NCBI GenBank assembly: GCA_963749655.1 | Contig: CAVVOB010000024.1 | Span: forward strand, 96,001 to 160,000 | Reading direction: 5' to 3' | DNA from: Nitrospirota bacterium | GTDB taxonomy: Bacteria; Nitrospirota; UBA9217 | Length of the DNA: 64,000 bases | Shown here: one piece after another, positions 1 to 10,028 of the stretch | Numbering within the stretch: position 1 is the stretch's first letter | Layout: the number at the start of each line of letters is the position of its first letter | Program-made: the position numbers and the translations under genes | The notes under the pieces: generated by a model | The model's database searches: none | Told to the model about the DNA's origin: nothing | Seen by the model: the letters and a program-made list of their open reading frames with translations, nothing else

Positions 1-17
1 TCCACGTTTAAATTATT

Positions 18-1187
18 TTATCTCTTGACGAACGATTTGCTCAAGTTGATGACAAGGTTATCCCAGCGGTACTCCACAGCCACTGCTTGGACCTGGTCGC
101 GGCACCGCATTCTCAATGATCGGTCATCTGCCATTCTTAATATAGCTTGCGCTGCATCATCAACATCCCCGGGAAAGACGGTAATGCCCAGCCCCCGGTT
201 CTCGATGATGTCAGCCCAGCAATCCCCTTTTGAAGCTATAACAGGCAGACCTGCCCAGAGGTAATCGAGAATACGCGTACGAAAAGCGAATCTTGTCTCA
301 AGGGAATCACGGTGCAGGCTGACGCCGGCGTCCGCCTCCAGAAGATAATTTGCCCGGTCCTCGTACGATGTCCAGCCGCTGTTAATAAAAACCGTCGAGT
401 CCAGTAAATCGAGCCGCCGCGCTTCAGCCATAAACTCGTCGATGATCGCCATTTTCCCCGAATTGGGATTCGGCGGTTTGAGCCCGGGGAAATACGCCTT
501 AATGTCGTCCCGATATGATTTGATCTTCGAAAGTGCACGGAGAAGCGTGAGGGGGTCGAACCAGTCCCAGATTCCGCCGCCCCACACGAGAAGAAAATCC
601 TCATTTCTGATCTTTACCCCCCGCAGCACGCGCTCTTTCGCTACAGGCGTTTCATGCGGCAATCCGAACGGCAGGACCGAGACGGCATCAAGCTTTTTGT
701 CCTTTCGTCGTATCGTCAGTTGGCCGATCAAAAAATCCTTTTGTTTTTCGTTGGCAACCAGGAAACCATCGCCAAGGGTGAGGATCATCCTCTGGCGGAG
801 CCCCCAGAAAAACAGCAGGAGGCTCTTCCGGATATGCTCAGCGTATGTCCTTACCCTCTTCTCCAAAAACTCGAAGATAACGGGGTCATACTGGTCGAAC
901 AGCACTTTCTTTCGAAACAAGACTGCGAGGAGCATCGGGACAGGACGGCCGGTCTGGATGATCCAATCGGAACGGCGAACCCATACAAAAAGATTCCAGA
1001 AAGTCATTTTTCCAACGAAAACGAGCTGGCTGCCGCGGACAGGTTCGCCTTCGATGCGGCGCGCAAGAAGAGCTATGTCGGCCCCTCTGCCCGCAAGCGC
1101 GCGTCCCAGCTCCCATGCTCGTATACCGGGACCGGCCATGGTGCTTCCGATGTGGTCATTGCAGATAATGAGTATTGTCTTTGGCAT
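18..1187 (-). CDS. Glycosyltransferase family 4 (GT-B fold)
   Basis: ORF 18..1262, likely start MPKTILII at 1187. N-terminal MAGPGIR motif and C-terminal RILDYLWAGLPVI GT4-type motif. Confidence 0.85.
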   Translation of the reverse strand: MPKTILIICNDHIGSTMAGPGIRAWELGRALAGRGADIALLARRIEGEPVRGSQLVFVGKMTFWNLFVWVRRSDWIIQTGRPVPMLLAVLFRKKVLFDQYDPVIFEFLEKRVRTYAEHIRKSLLLFFWGLRQRMILTLGDGFLVANEKQKDFLIGQLTIRRKDKKLDAVSVLPFGLPHETPVAKERVLRGVKIRNEDFLLVWGGGIWDWFDPLTLLRALSKIKSYRDDIKAYFPGLKPPNPNSGKMAIIDEFMAEARRLDLLDSTVFINSGWTSYEDRANYLLEADAGVSLHRDSLETRFAFRTRILDYLWAGLPVIASKGDCWADIIENRGLGITVFPGDVDDAAQAILRMADDRSLRMRCRDQVQAVAVEYRWDNLVINLSKSFVKR

Positions 1188-1475
1188 GTCCTTCACAGCG
1201 TCATTCCACCGCAAACTGCTTCTGAAATAACGATAAATACGTGCCTTCCCGGGCGTTTCCACAATTACGCTTTAGGACTGTTCCGGGTAATTCCCGATCC
1301 TGTCATCAAGTGCCGCCGTCGGTCCTCCTTCGGTCAAAAGGCTTGCCTTTGTCCGGGATGAAAAAAGAGCACCTCCGCGCATTCAATGTGATTGTCTCAT
1401 GAGGGATTTAAGGGAATCCGTGCAAAAGAAATGAAGTTCGAGGAGGAGCCGGAACCCATGCCCCATACCTTCACC

Positions 1476-2666
1476 TCATGCGGCAGGAGCGGCGGACTTG
1501 AGCGTCCTTCTCTTTTCGATCCAGTCGAAGACGCCTTCAAAAGCCGCAATGAAAGCGATGAAGAACCCTATCGACGGCAGGTACAGGCGATGTTCGAAGA
1601 TAATATCAAGGATCGGCACAAAGCTCTGGGTCGGCGACAAGGTGATATAGAACCACGCGGCGCCGAACGGGATAAGCGTCCAGCCCTTCTTCCGGTAGAC
1701 GTGGACACAGGCAGCCACGACCAGCAAATGGCCGATAAAGGAAAGTATCGTCGGGAACTCAAACAGCGTCCGTGACCACCGGTATGAATAGTCGAGGTTC
1801 TGATTGATTGGAAGGATCAAAAGCCTCATATAGGTCCACAGAACATTGAGAGACGTCAGCAGGTAAGACCAGGGTGTAATATTGTTCTGGCCCACGACGC
1901 TGAATCCCGCTCCGGACATTTGCGTCGTTGACATGTTGTAGGCAAGCCAGCTCCACGACAACATGACGAGAACGTGCGCTTTCCAGCGGGAAAGAACCGG
2001 CTGCAGTTTGCTCTCGGAAAGGAACAGAAAATCATAGAGCAAGAGCATGGCCGGCAGGGTCACGGCCCATTCCTTGGAACCCATGGCGAGCAGCGCAGTA
2101 AAGAAGGCCCCGATGTAGTACGAAAATTTTCTGCGACGTAGCGCCCTTGATAAAGAACAGGAACGTGGCTATGTAGAAAAAACGCCGCTATGAGCTCCGT
2201 TCTGCTTATGATGTACGTCACCGACTCCGTTTGAACCGGATGCAACCCGAACAGGAGCGCGCCGAACAGGGCCATGCGTCTCGCCCGGCAAGCGAAGCCG
2301 GCGCTGAGTGCCGGCAGGGTCAGGGTCCAGAGAATAAAAAGGTACACAAAATACTGTTGGCGATATGAAGACCGATGTTAAAAATGTGCCATCCAACGAC
2401 GTTGAGGCCGCTCAACTGATAGTTGAACAGAAGCGACAGATTCACGATCGGCCTGGTGCCCCGAAAACTGCGCCCAAAAAACTGTCCCACGTCAGACGCC
2501 TAATCCCTGTATTCTCGACAATCGCCGGGTTGTCGTCAAAATGGAAACTTGCCGTAAACGTATTCGAATAGGCAATAAGGATCATTATTGCTATCACGAA
2601 AAACGCAGCCAGATTAAATCTCCTGGATGCAAACAATCTGTTCATTTTGTCCTGCAAAACCGACAT
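1476..2666 (-). CDS. TMTC-like (GT-C) membrane glycosyltransferase lacking a TPR tail; four apparent homopolymer indels
   Basis: Motifs FHFDD, RPIVNLS, HPVQTESVTYIISR, SKE and HRLYLPS are spread over several frames. Indels near 2459-2462, 2348-2351, 2177-2182 and 2123-2130 restore a ~396-aa ORF. RBS CAGGAG precedes ATG 2666. Confidence 0.75.
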
Positions 2667-3142
2667 GGCATGCTCCTGACCGCCCGGCAACGGGAGAAAT
2701 CTTTGCGAAATGTAACATGTCTTAAAGGCAATGTAAAGAATATTTTCATTATCCAAGCTCTTATCCCTGTTCCTGCGCAGACCTTCTTCTCTGCTCTTCC
2801 AGAGGCCAAGTCCCGCATCTCCTGCCGCAGCAGAGCTAGTTCCTGGGCCAGTTTTTTATTCTTTTCCGACAACCCGGAAATGACGACCGAAAAATGCAGG
2901 GTGATCAACAGGAGGAAGAAAAATGCCAGCAAAAACAGGAAGGACGGCGGATAAAAGATGCCGATAAGACGGGAGCTGTACTCCAGAAGCTCACGGGACA
3001 GGGAAAAGACCAGCAAGACTCCTCCTGCCAGCAGCCAGAGGAGCGAATACCGCTCTTTCAATTTTCCCCTCCTGATCAGCTCTACGACGACAAGCAGGAT
3101 GCTCCCGCTTCCGGCAACGGCGAGAATTTTCAGAAGGTCCAT
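2642..3142 (-). CDS. DUF2304-family small membrane protein
   Basis: Three TM segments, RRGKLKERYSLLW and IGIFYPP motifs, and C-terminal KLAQELALL. Follows a DPM1-like GT2. The true stop may be near 2761 if there is an indel. Confidence 0.8.
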   Translation of the reverse strand: MDLLKILAVAGSGSILLVVVELIRRGKLKERYSLLWLLAGGVLLVFSLSRELLEYSSRLIGIFYPPSFLFLLAFFFLLLITLHFSVVISGLSEKNKKLAQELALLRQEMRDLASGRAEKKVCAGTGIRAWIMKIFFTLPLRHVTFRKDFSRCRAVRSMPCRFCRTK

Positions 3143-3144
3143 GG

Positions 3145-3841
3145 TTACCTCACTTTTTTCAGCAAATCGATGAAAATGGCCATAAGCACTTTGGTCATAT
3201 AATATACCGACCGCACCGGCGTGATGGACGATTTGCCGCCTGTGCGGTCGCGCATGACCACGCCTATTTCCGCGATCCGCAGGTTCACCTTGTGCAACAG
3301 GACCAGGGATTCCACTTCGGGATAATCATCAGGATAGAGGTGGCTGAAGAATTCTATCACCCTGCGGTTTGCAGCCCGAAACCCCGAGGTGCTGTCCGTC
3401 ACCGCCCTGCCGAGGATCTTCGATAGAACGAAGGAAAAAATGAATATCCCTATCCTTCGGAAGACCGGTGCATGGTACAGCTCCGGGCGCAAGGAATCGT
3501 GAACCGATTACGATATCGGATCTGTCCTGCTCTAGCGGCTCGAGCAGTCTCCCTATCTCCCGGGCAAGATGCTGTCCGTCTCCGTCGAACTGCACTGCGA
3601 TGTCGTACCCGTTCCGGTCCGCATACAGATACCCCGCCTGGACCGCGGCGCCTATGCCGAGGTTGAAGGGCAGATCCAGGACCGTCACCCCCAGATCACG
3701 ACCCACCCGCGACGTCGCATCGTGCGACCCGTCATTGACGACAATGACGTCGGCCGCAGGGACGTTATCCCGGAGATCGCGTATCACTCCGGCCAGACTT
3801 TCCTCTTCATTGTAAGCAGGCACGATGATCAGGATTTTCAT
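3145..3841 (-). CDS. DPM1-like polyprenol-phosphate glycosyltransferase (GT2); +1 frameshift near 3482
   Basis: IVPAYNEE, VNDGS, QFDGDGQH and IGSRF lie in ORF 3329..3841; DSTSGFRA and DYPEVE lie in ORF 3145..3492. Removing one base gives 231 aa. Confidence 0.85.
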
Positions 3842-3847
3842 GATTAT

Positions 3848-4871
3848 TTACTCTTTCAGGGCGATCTCGCGGACCGAAATGCGGTAGACGCACAACAGCC
3901 GGTAAATCTGCCTCCTGGTGACCCGTCTGCGTGAACCGAAAGCCCTTCGCTGCCGGATAATTGAGGGAAGGGCGGCGAGCGCCGCTCCCCACGCCTTCAG
4001 CAGAATGCCGAAGGCACGAAAAACAGAATACTGTTCGGAAAATCTTCCCGTCGCCCCCCTGCCCGACAGGGCGCCGTAGAGATGGAACACAAGCCGGGTC
4101 AAGGTTGCACAAGGGGCTCAACAGGATCATTTCGATCGGGAAATATTTAAGCAGAACCCAGATCCGATTTCGCTCAACCAGAAAAGCTTTTAACGGAGAA
4201 TACGCCGACGATGAAGATGAGTATTTGTGGTAAACGCGCGCCGAGGGCACATACCGGCAGCCCCATCCGGCCAGTCTGCCCCGCAGCCCGAGATCGACAT
4301 CATCGGCATAGGCAAAAAAATCTTCATCGAAGAGGCCGATTTCTTCGAGCATGCTGCGGCGGTACAGCCCCGCGCAACCGCTGGGAAAGAACGCCTCGGC
4401 CGGAGCATCGTATTGCCCGTTATCGCGTTCCAGCCTTCCCTTGCCCCGTGCCAGACCATCGGGATACATGAGCAGACCCACATTGTCGATGACATCGGGT
4501 TGATCATAGGATAATATTTTGCACGCCCACATACCGACTGACGGCGGGCATGCTTCAGCTGTCGAAAGCAGGTTCGCGAGCCAGGCAGGATCAGTCCTGG
4601 TGTCGTTATTCAGAAAGGCGATATACTTCCCCGATGCGTGGACCATGCCTGCGTTATTGCCGCCGGCAAACCCCCTGTTTTGCGGCAAACGGACAACCGT
4701 CACCTCCGGATAGCGGTCCTGGACGTAATCTGCCGATCCATCCTGCGACCCGTTGTCCACGAGAATAACCTCTTTGTCGCTGGCCGCCTGCGCTCGCAGT
4801 GAATCAAGGCATTCGGGAAGGAGCTGCTTGCCGTTCCAGTTGACAATAATAATGGATACGAGCGGACGCAT
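3848..4871 (-). CDS. Glycosyltransferase family 2 (WbbL/WsaE-like); +1 frameshift near 4110
   Basis: IIIVNWNG, VDNGSQDGS, FLNND and FDEDFFAYADDVDLGLR motifs. The C-terminus continues in ORF 3848..4102. Confidence 0.85.
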
Positions 4872-4976
4872 CAATAAGGAACTCCTCTAATTCTTATAGA
4901 TTCCCGCAGGCCTCGCGTGACCTGGGTTGCTGCTTCCGGAACCCTGCCGTGCGTGCCCTGGATCTGCCTGGCAATT

Positions 4977-5435
4977 TCAGGACCCCTCAACCCGTCCAGT
5001 ATTCCTTCGATGCCGCACCACAAGCCGGTAAAACAGAAGATAGGACAAGAACGCGGCAATCGCACCGACCACGAGCGTTCCCGCTATGTAGGGCCATAAG
5101 AAGGGCTTGAGGGTCGCATAGGCGTTGGTCAGCGAAAGCTCGCTCCAAGCGATCCGCGGCACGGAGATCGCAGCTCCCGTTATTTTGATGCCGAACCAGA
5201 TGCAAAACCCGTACAGGGGAACGATGGTCCAGGGATTATTGATGAAGGACGCAGTAAGCACGACCAGTTTGCTCAGCCGGAAGACCCAGGCCGCCAAAAG
5301 GCACGTAATGACATGCAGCCCGATGGTGGGTGAAAAGGCAATAAACACACCGACGGCAAAGGCAAGCGCCAGTTTATGCGGCGGATCATCCAGTTTCAAC
5401 AAAGAATGAATACGGTCTCGAATATACTTGTTCAT
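4977..5435 (-). CDS. DUF2062-family membrane protein
   Basis: DDPPHKLALAFAVGVFIAFSP and NNPWT motifs; hydrophobic segments. Confidence 0.8.
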   Translation of the reverse strand: MNKYIRDRIHSLLKLDDPPHKLALAFAVGVFIAFSPTIGLHVITCLLAAWVFRLSKLVVLTASFINNPWTIVPLYGFCIWFGIKITGAAISVPRIAWSELSLTNAYATLKPFLWPYIAGTLVVGAIAAFLSYLLFYRLVVRHRRNTGRVEGS

Positions 5436-5469
5436 ACCAGCCAGAGAGGCAGCACAGGACAGACGAAAA

Positions 5470-6513
5470 TCAGGATCTCGCAAAATGATCGAAGCCCGAC
5501 GGCACCAGAGGCGACTTTTCGCCTCCTCCGCCCACCAGGAACACCCTTCGGCCTGCCGTAATCTCCCCGATTTCGGTAACCGGGAACCCCAGACGTTTCA
5601 GTTTTCCGACCTTACCCGGAGGCGATGCAAACAGAAGTTCATAGTCCTCACCTCCGGACAGGGCATACTGGAGCGGTGATTTCCCCAGGCGCGCGGACAT
5701 TCTCCTGATCGAAGAGGATAAGGGTATGGTGCCGGCATTAATCCGGGCGCCTACGCCGCTTTGCGTGCAAATATGCGACAGGTCGGACGACAGCCCGTCG
5801 CTGATATCGATCATCGCGCTTGCGCATCCTGCCTGGGCGATTTTTCTTCCCCACTCGACCCGGGGGACAGGACGAAGATGTCGTTTGACAAGAGCAGCAA
5901 CTGCGGATTGCGGATTGCGGATTGCGGATTTAAAATCCTTGTTCCCGGTCCCTTGCCCCCGGCCCCCGGCCCCCGCTTTCAAAAGTTCCAATCCTGCAGC
6001 GGAGTCTCCGAGCGTTCCCGTCACGAAGATCCGATCTCCCGCTCGCGCGCCTGCCCGGGAAACGAGCCGTGATCGCTTGCACTCACCAAGAAGCGTAATG
6101 CTGATGACCAGGGCCTGCCGGGAAGAGCACGTGTCACCACCCACGAGAGCTGCGCGGTGTTTCCTGAGAAGCGCGTTGCACCCCCGGTAGAATTCGGTGA
6201 TCTGCTCCACGGAAAGGTCGGTCGGGATGCCGAGAGAAACAAGGCAGAAACGGGGTATCCCCCCCATCGCAGCGATGTCGCTCAAATTGACCGCCGCGGA
6301 CTTCCACCCCAGCGAATAGTAATCGGTGAAGGCGAGGTCGAAATGCACATCTTCGAGCAGCATGTCCGACGTGGAAAGAACTGCAGCGGACGGGGAGAAT
6401 GTCACCGCGGCGGCATCATCTCCGATGCCGATCAGCACTGAAGACGAGGCTCGGGCGGCCGACTTCCGGATCTTTTCGATCAGGCCGAACTCTCCCAGGT
6501 CTGATATTCTCAT
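5470..6513 (-). CDS. thiL: Thiamine-monophosphate kinase
   Basis: GEFGLI, GIGDDAA, NLSDIAAMGG, DISDGL and GGEDYELLF motifs. Confidence 0.95.
   Translation of the reverse strand: MRISDLGEFGLIEKIRKSAARASSSVLIGIGDDAAAVTFSPSAAVLSTSDMLLEDVHFDLAFTDYYSLGWKSAAVNLSDIAAMGGIPRFCLVSLGIPTDLSVEQITEFYRGCNALLRKHRAALVGGDTCSSRQALVISITLLGECKRSRLVSRAGARAGDRIFVTGTLGDSAAGLELLKAGAGGRGQGTGNKDFKSAIRNPQSAVAALVKRHLRPVPRVEWGRKIAQAGCASAMIDISDGLSSDLSHICTQSGVGARINAGTIPLSSSIRRMSARLGKSPLQYALSGGEDYELLFASPPGKVGKLKRLGFPVTEIGEITAGRRVFLVGGGGEKSPLVPSGFDHFARS
5902..5975. repeat. Two 7-bp-period tandem arrays inside thiL
   Basis: (TGCGGAT)x4 at 5902-5929 and degenerate (CCCCCGG)n at 5942-5975. Confidence 0.8.
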
Positions 6514-6591
6514 TTTTGATTATTGCCACGGACAGACGGAGCCGCAGGGCATGCCGTCCGGACCCGCCCTGCACTCCGTACTCTGAACTTC

Positions 6592-9003
6592 TCAGTGCGT
6601 GGCTCGCGATCTGCCGGGCATCCTTTTATGCGCTATGCGACGGGGCAATTTTTTCTGCAATGCATTTGCAATGACCTCGTCCATCGTTTCGACAAAAACA
6701 AAGGTTATGTCCTTCCTGATGTTTTTCGGTATGTCGTCGAGGTCCTTTTCATTCTGTTTCGGGACGACCACGGTCCTGATGCCCGCGCGGCGCGCCGCGA
6801 GCGTCTTTTCCTTCAATCCGCCGATGGGCAGCACCCTGCCCCGGAGCGTGACCTCCCCGGTCATGGCAAGGTCCTTCCTCACCGGAGCGTTCGTGAAGAC
6901 CGAGGCCAGGGCAGTCGCCATCGTGACCCCCGCCGAGGGGCCGTCCTTCGGAATTGCGCCCGCAGGAACATGGATATGCACGTCGGTTTTACCGAAGGTC
7001 TCGGGTTTGATGCCGAGTTTTTGCGCGCGGGAACGGACATAGGTCAGCGCTGCATGGGCCGATTCCTTCATCACGTCGCCCAGATGACCGGTGAGCGTCA
7101 GCGTGCCCTTGCCCCGCATCGTCGTCGCCTCGATGTACAGGATGTCGCCTCCCGTTTCCGTCCATGCAAGGCCGGTCACGACGCCGACTTCGTCCTTCTC
7201 CCGCTCTACATCCGGCAGGTACTTGGGGCTCCCAAGGTAGGTATGCAGATTGGACGAGGTAATGGTAAACAGTCCTGTTTCGCCCTCTGCGATCTTTCTC
7301 GCCACCTTTCGGCAGAGATGGGCGATCTCGCGCTCGAGGTTTCTCACGCCCGCTTCACGGGTGTATTGAGCAATGACCTGAAGGACCGTCTTGTCGGGGA
7401 TGCCGATGTTCTTCTCCGTGATCCCGTGTTCCGTGAGCTGCCGCGGGATGAGGTAACTCTTGGCAATGCCCAGTTTTTCCTGCTCCGTGTAACCGGACAG
7501 GTGGATGATCTCCATTCGGTCGCGAAGAGGCCCCGGAATGGGATCGGTCTGGTTCGCTGTCGTGATGAACATGACATGGGACAGGTCGAACGGCAGGCCG
7601 ATATAGTGGTCGCTGAAGGAATTGTTCTGTTCCGGATCGAGCACCTCGAGCAGCGCCGCAGACGGGTCCCCCCGGAAATCGGCGCCGATCTTGTCGATTT
7701 CATCAAGCATGAACACGGGGTTATAGGAGCCGGCCGTCTTGATGCCCTGGATGATCCGGCCCGGCAGCGCTCCGACATAGGTTCTGCGGTGACCGCGTAT
7801 CTCCGCCTCGTCACGGACTCCACCGAGCGATATGCGCACGAACTCGCGGCCCAGGGACCGGGCGATGGATTTGCCAAGCGAAGTTTTGCCCACTCCGGGA
7901 GGCCCGACGAAACAGAGGATCGGCCCCTTCATTTTATCCTTGAGCTTCCGGACGGCAAGGTATTCGAGGATCCTCTCCTTCACCTTTTCAAGGTCATAGT
8001 GATCTTCCTCGAGGATCTTCTGCGCTGCCTTCAGATCGAGATTGTCTTTCGTCGCCTTGCTCCACGGCAGCTCGGCGAGCCATTCAATATAGGTTCTGGT
8101 CATGGACGCTTCCGCAGCGTCGGGGTGCATCCGTTCCAAGCGCCGGAGCTGCTTTTCCGCTTCCTTTGCGCCTTTTTCAGGGAGTTTGGCTTCCTTGATC
8201 TTCTCGCGGAGCTCCCGCATGTCCTCGGAGCGGTCGTCGGTATCGCCCAGTTCGCGCTGTATCGCTTTGAGCTGTTCCCGCAGAAAATATTCCCTCTGCG
8301 TCTTGTCGATCTCGCCGCGGACATCGGCCTGGATCTTCTGCTGCATGGACAAAAGCTCAATTTCCTTGCCGAGCGCCTCGTTGATCCGCTTGATGCGCTG
8401 GACCGGATCAGTGATCTCGAGGATTTCCTGGGCCTGCTCCACCTTGAGCCCCATGTTGGCCACTGCCAGGTCGGCCAATTTACCCGGGTCGTCCACGTTC
8501 TCGATGACGACCATGATGTCGGGCAGGATCACCTTGCCGAAGGACACAAGCTTCTCGATCTGCTCCTTCACATTTCGCATCAGCGCTTCGGTTTCAAGGT
8601 TGATGGGCGATGCCGTGTCGGGAAAAGCCTTGATCTCGACCTGGTAAAAAGGCTCCTTCTGCAGAAACTTGACGGTCTTGGCCCTGGCCACTCCCTGGAC
8701 GAGAATCTTGATGCGGCCGTCCGGCAGCTTCAGCATGCGCATGATCACGCCGACGGTCCCCACGGAATAGAGGTCCGACGGAGACGGGTTCTCGACATTG
8801 ATGTCCTTCTGGGAGGTAAGGAAAATCATGCGATTCCCCTCGAGCGCCACCTCGATGGCCTTGATGGACATCTCCCTCCCGACGAAGAGAGGGAGCACCA
8901 TATAAGGAAACACGACGATGTCCCTGATCGGGAGCAAGGGAATTTTCTTGGGGATCTCAATCGACTGCTGGAGATCTACTGTTTTTGTTTCTGTCTTAGC
9001 CAA
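6592..9003 (-). CDS. lon: ATP-dependent protease La (Lon)
   Basis: LON N-domain, Walker [16 protein letters not shown], and catalytic PKDGPSAG. Confidence 0.97.
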   Translation of the reverse strand: MAKTETKTVDLQQSIEIPKKIPLLPIRDIVVFPYMVLPLFVGREMSIKAIEVALEGNRMIFLTSQKDINVENPSPSDLYSVGTVGVIMRMLKLPDGRIKILVQGVARAKTVKFLQKEPFYQVEIKAFPDTASPINLETEALMRNVKEQIEKLVSFGKVILPDIMVVIENVDDPGKLADLAVANMGLKVEQAQEILEITDPVQRIKRINEALGKEIELLSMQQKIQADVRGEIDKTQREYFLREQLKAIQRELGDTDDRSEDMRELREKIKEAKLPEKGAKEAEKQLRRLERMHPDAAEASMTRTYIEWLAELPWSKATKDNLDLKAAQKILEEDHYDLEKVKERILEYLAVRKLKDKMKGPILCFVGPPGVGKTSLGKSIARSLGREFVRISLGGVRDEAEIRGHRRTYVGALPGRIIQGIKTAGSYNPVFMLDEIDKIGADFRGDPSAALLEVLDPEQNNSFSDHYIGLPFDLSHVMFITTANQTDPIPGPLRDRMEIIHLSGYTEQEKLGIAKSYLIPRQLTEHGITEKNIGIPDKTVLQVIAQYTREAGVRNLEREIAHLCRKVARKIAEGETGLFTITSSNLHTYLGSPKYLPDVEREKDEVGVVTGLAWTETGGDILYIEATTMRGKGTLTLTGHLGDVMKESAHAALTYVRSRAQKLGIKPETFGKTDVHIHVPAGAIPKDGPSAGVTMATALASVFTNAPVRKDLAMTGEVTLRGRVLPIGGLKEKTLAARRAGIRTVVVPKQNEKDLDDIPKNIRKDITFVFVETMDEVIANALQKKLPRRIAHKRMPGRSRATH

Positions 9004-9062
9004 AACGGCCTCCTCATCTCAGATGCGCATCTCCCGACGGATGCTCCTGCAATCAATCCGTC

Positions 9063-9932
9063 TTATAGATTGAGTTTTTTCAAATAACTCCTGAAGGCAT
9101 CTCCAAATTCCTCATTTTTCAACCCGAACTCCACCGTCGCTTTCAGGAACCCCAGCTTGTCTCCGGCATCGTGGCGCACGCCCTCGAACTCATAGGCATA
9201 GATCGGCTGCTTCTGCATGAGCAGGCGCAAACCGTCGGTCAGCTGGATCTCTCCCCCCTTCCCCGGCTTGGTGCATTCAAGACAGTTGAAGATTTCAGGA
9301 GTGAGAATATAACGACCGATGATCGCAAGATTCGACGGCGCCTCGTCGGGAGAGGGTTTCTCTACAAGGTCTTTTACGAGATAGACGCCGTCCTCGATCC
9401 TTTTGGCATCGATGATGCCGTAATTCCTGGTCTGGGACTTGGGTACTTTCTGGATGGCCAGGATCGTGGCGGGATACCGCATATAGACGTCCATCATCTG
9501 CTTGAGCGCCGGTACTTTTGAATCGATGATATCGTCGCCAAGCAGCACAGCAAAAGGATCTTCTCCCACGATGCGCTTTGCCATCAGGACGGCATGGCCG
9601 AGACCGAGCGCCTTCTTCTGCCGGATATAGCAGAACGTCACCAGATTGGCGATACGCTGAATGGTAGAAAGCAGTTCGTGCTTGCCCTTTGCCTTGAGGT
9701 CCTCCTCGAGTTCGAAGGCAACGTCGAAATGGTCTTCGATCGCCCGTTTTCCGCGGCCCGTAATAAGGACGATCTGCTCGATGCCTGAAGCAACGGCCTC
9801 CTCGACGACGTACTGGATCAGGGGCTTGTCCACGAGCGGCATCATCTCCTTGGGAGAGGCCTTGGTGGCCGGCAAAAACCGGGTGCCCAGCCCTGCTGCA
9901 GGAAAAACGGCCTTGGTAATCGCTTTGTTCAC
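9063..9932 (-). CDS. galU: UTP-glucose-1-phosphate uridylyltransferase
   Basis: KAVFPAAGLGTRFLPATKASPKEM, LVEKP and GEIQLTD motifs. Confidence 0.96.
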   Translation of the reverse strand: MNKAITKAVFPAAGLGTRFLPATKASPKEMMPLVDKPLIQYVVEEAVASGIEQIVLITGRGKRAIEDHFDVAFELEEDLKAKGKHELLSTIQRIANLVTFCYIRQKKALGLGHAVLMAKRIVGEDPFAVLLGDDIIDSKVPALKQMMDVYMRYPATILAIQKVPKSQTRNYGIIDAKRIEDGVYLVKDLVEKPSPDEAPSNLAIIGRYILTPEIFNCLECTKPGKGGEIQLTDGLRLLMQKQPIYAYEFEGVRHDAGDKLGFLKATVEFGLKNEEFGDAFRSYLKKLNL

Positions 9933-9950
9933 GCTCCGCTCCTCGATTTC

Positions 9951-9979
9951 ATTCTATGAAACTGCCTTCAGATTGTCAA
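9951..9979 (-). promoter_or_regulatory. Sigma-70 promoter for galU-lon-thiL
   Basis: TTGACA-N17-TAGAAT on the minus strand just upstream of the galU start. Confidence 0.7.
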
Positions 9980-10028
9980 GGTAAGTAAACGCCATCAATC
10001 GAACAATCGGACGATCAAAACGATCACC

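Noticed and set aside
6523-9087. 854-aa plus-strand ORF and similar long antisense ORFs (15079..16623, 24160..25311, 53288..54151, 61251..62306)
   Set aside because: They are antisense shadows of lon, ptsI, lptAB, the PIN/TRAM gene and plsX, with no recognisable motifs.
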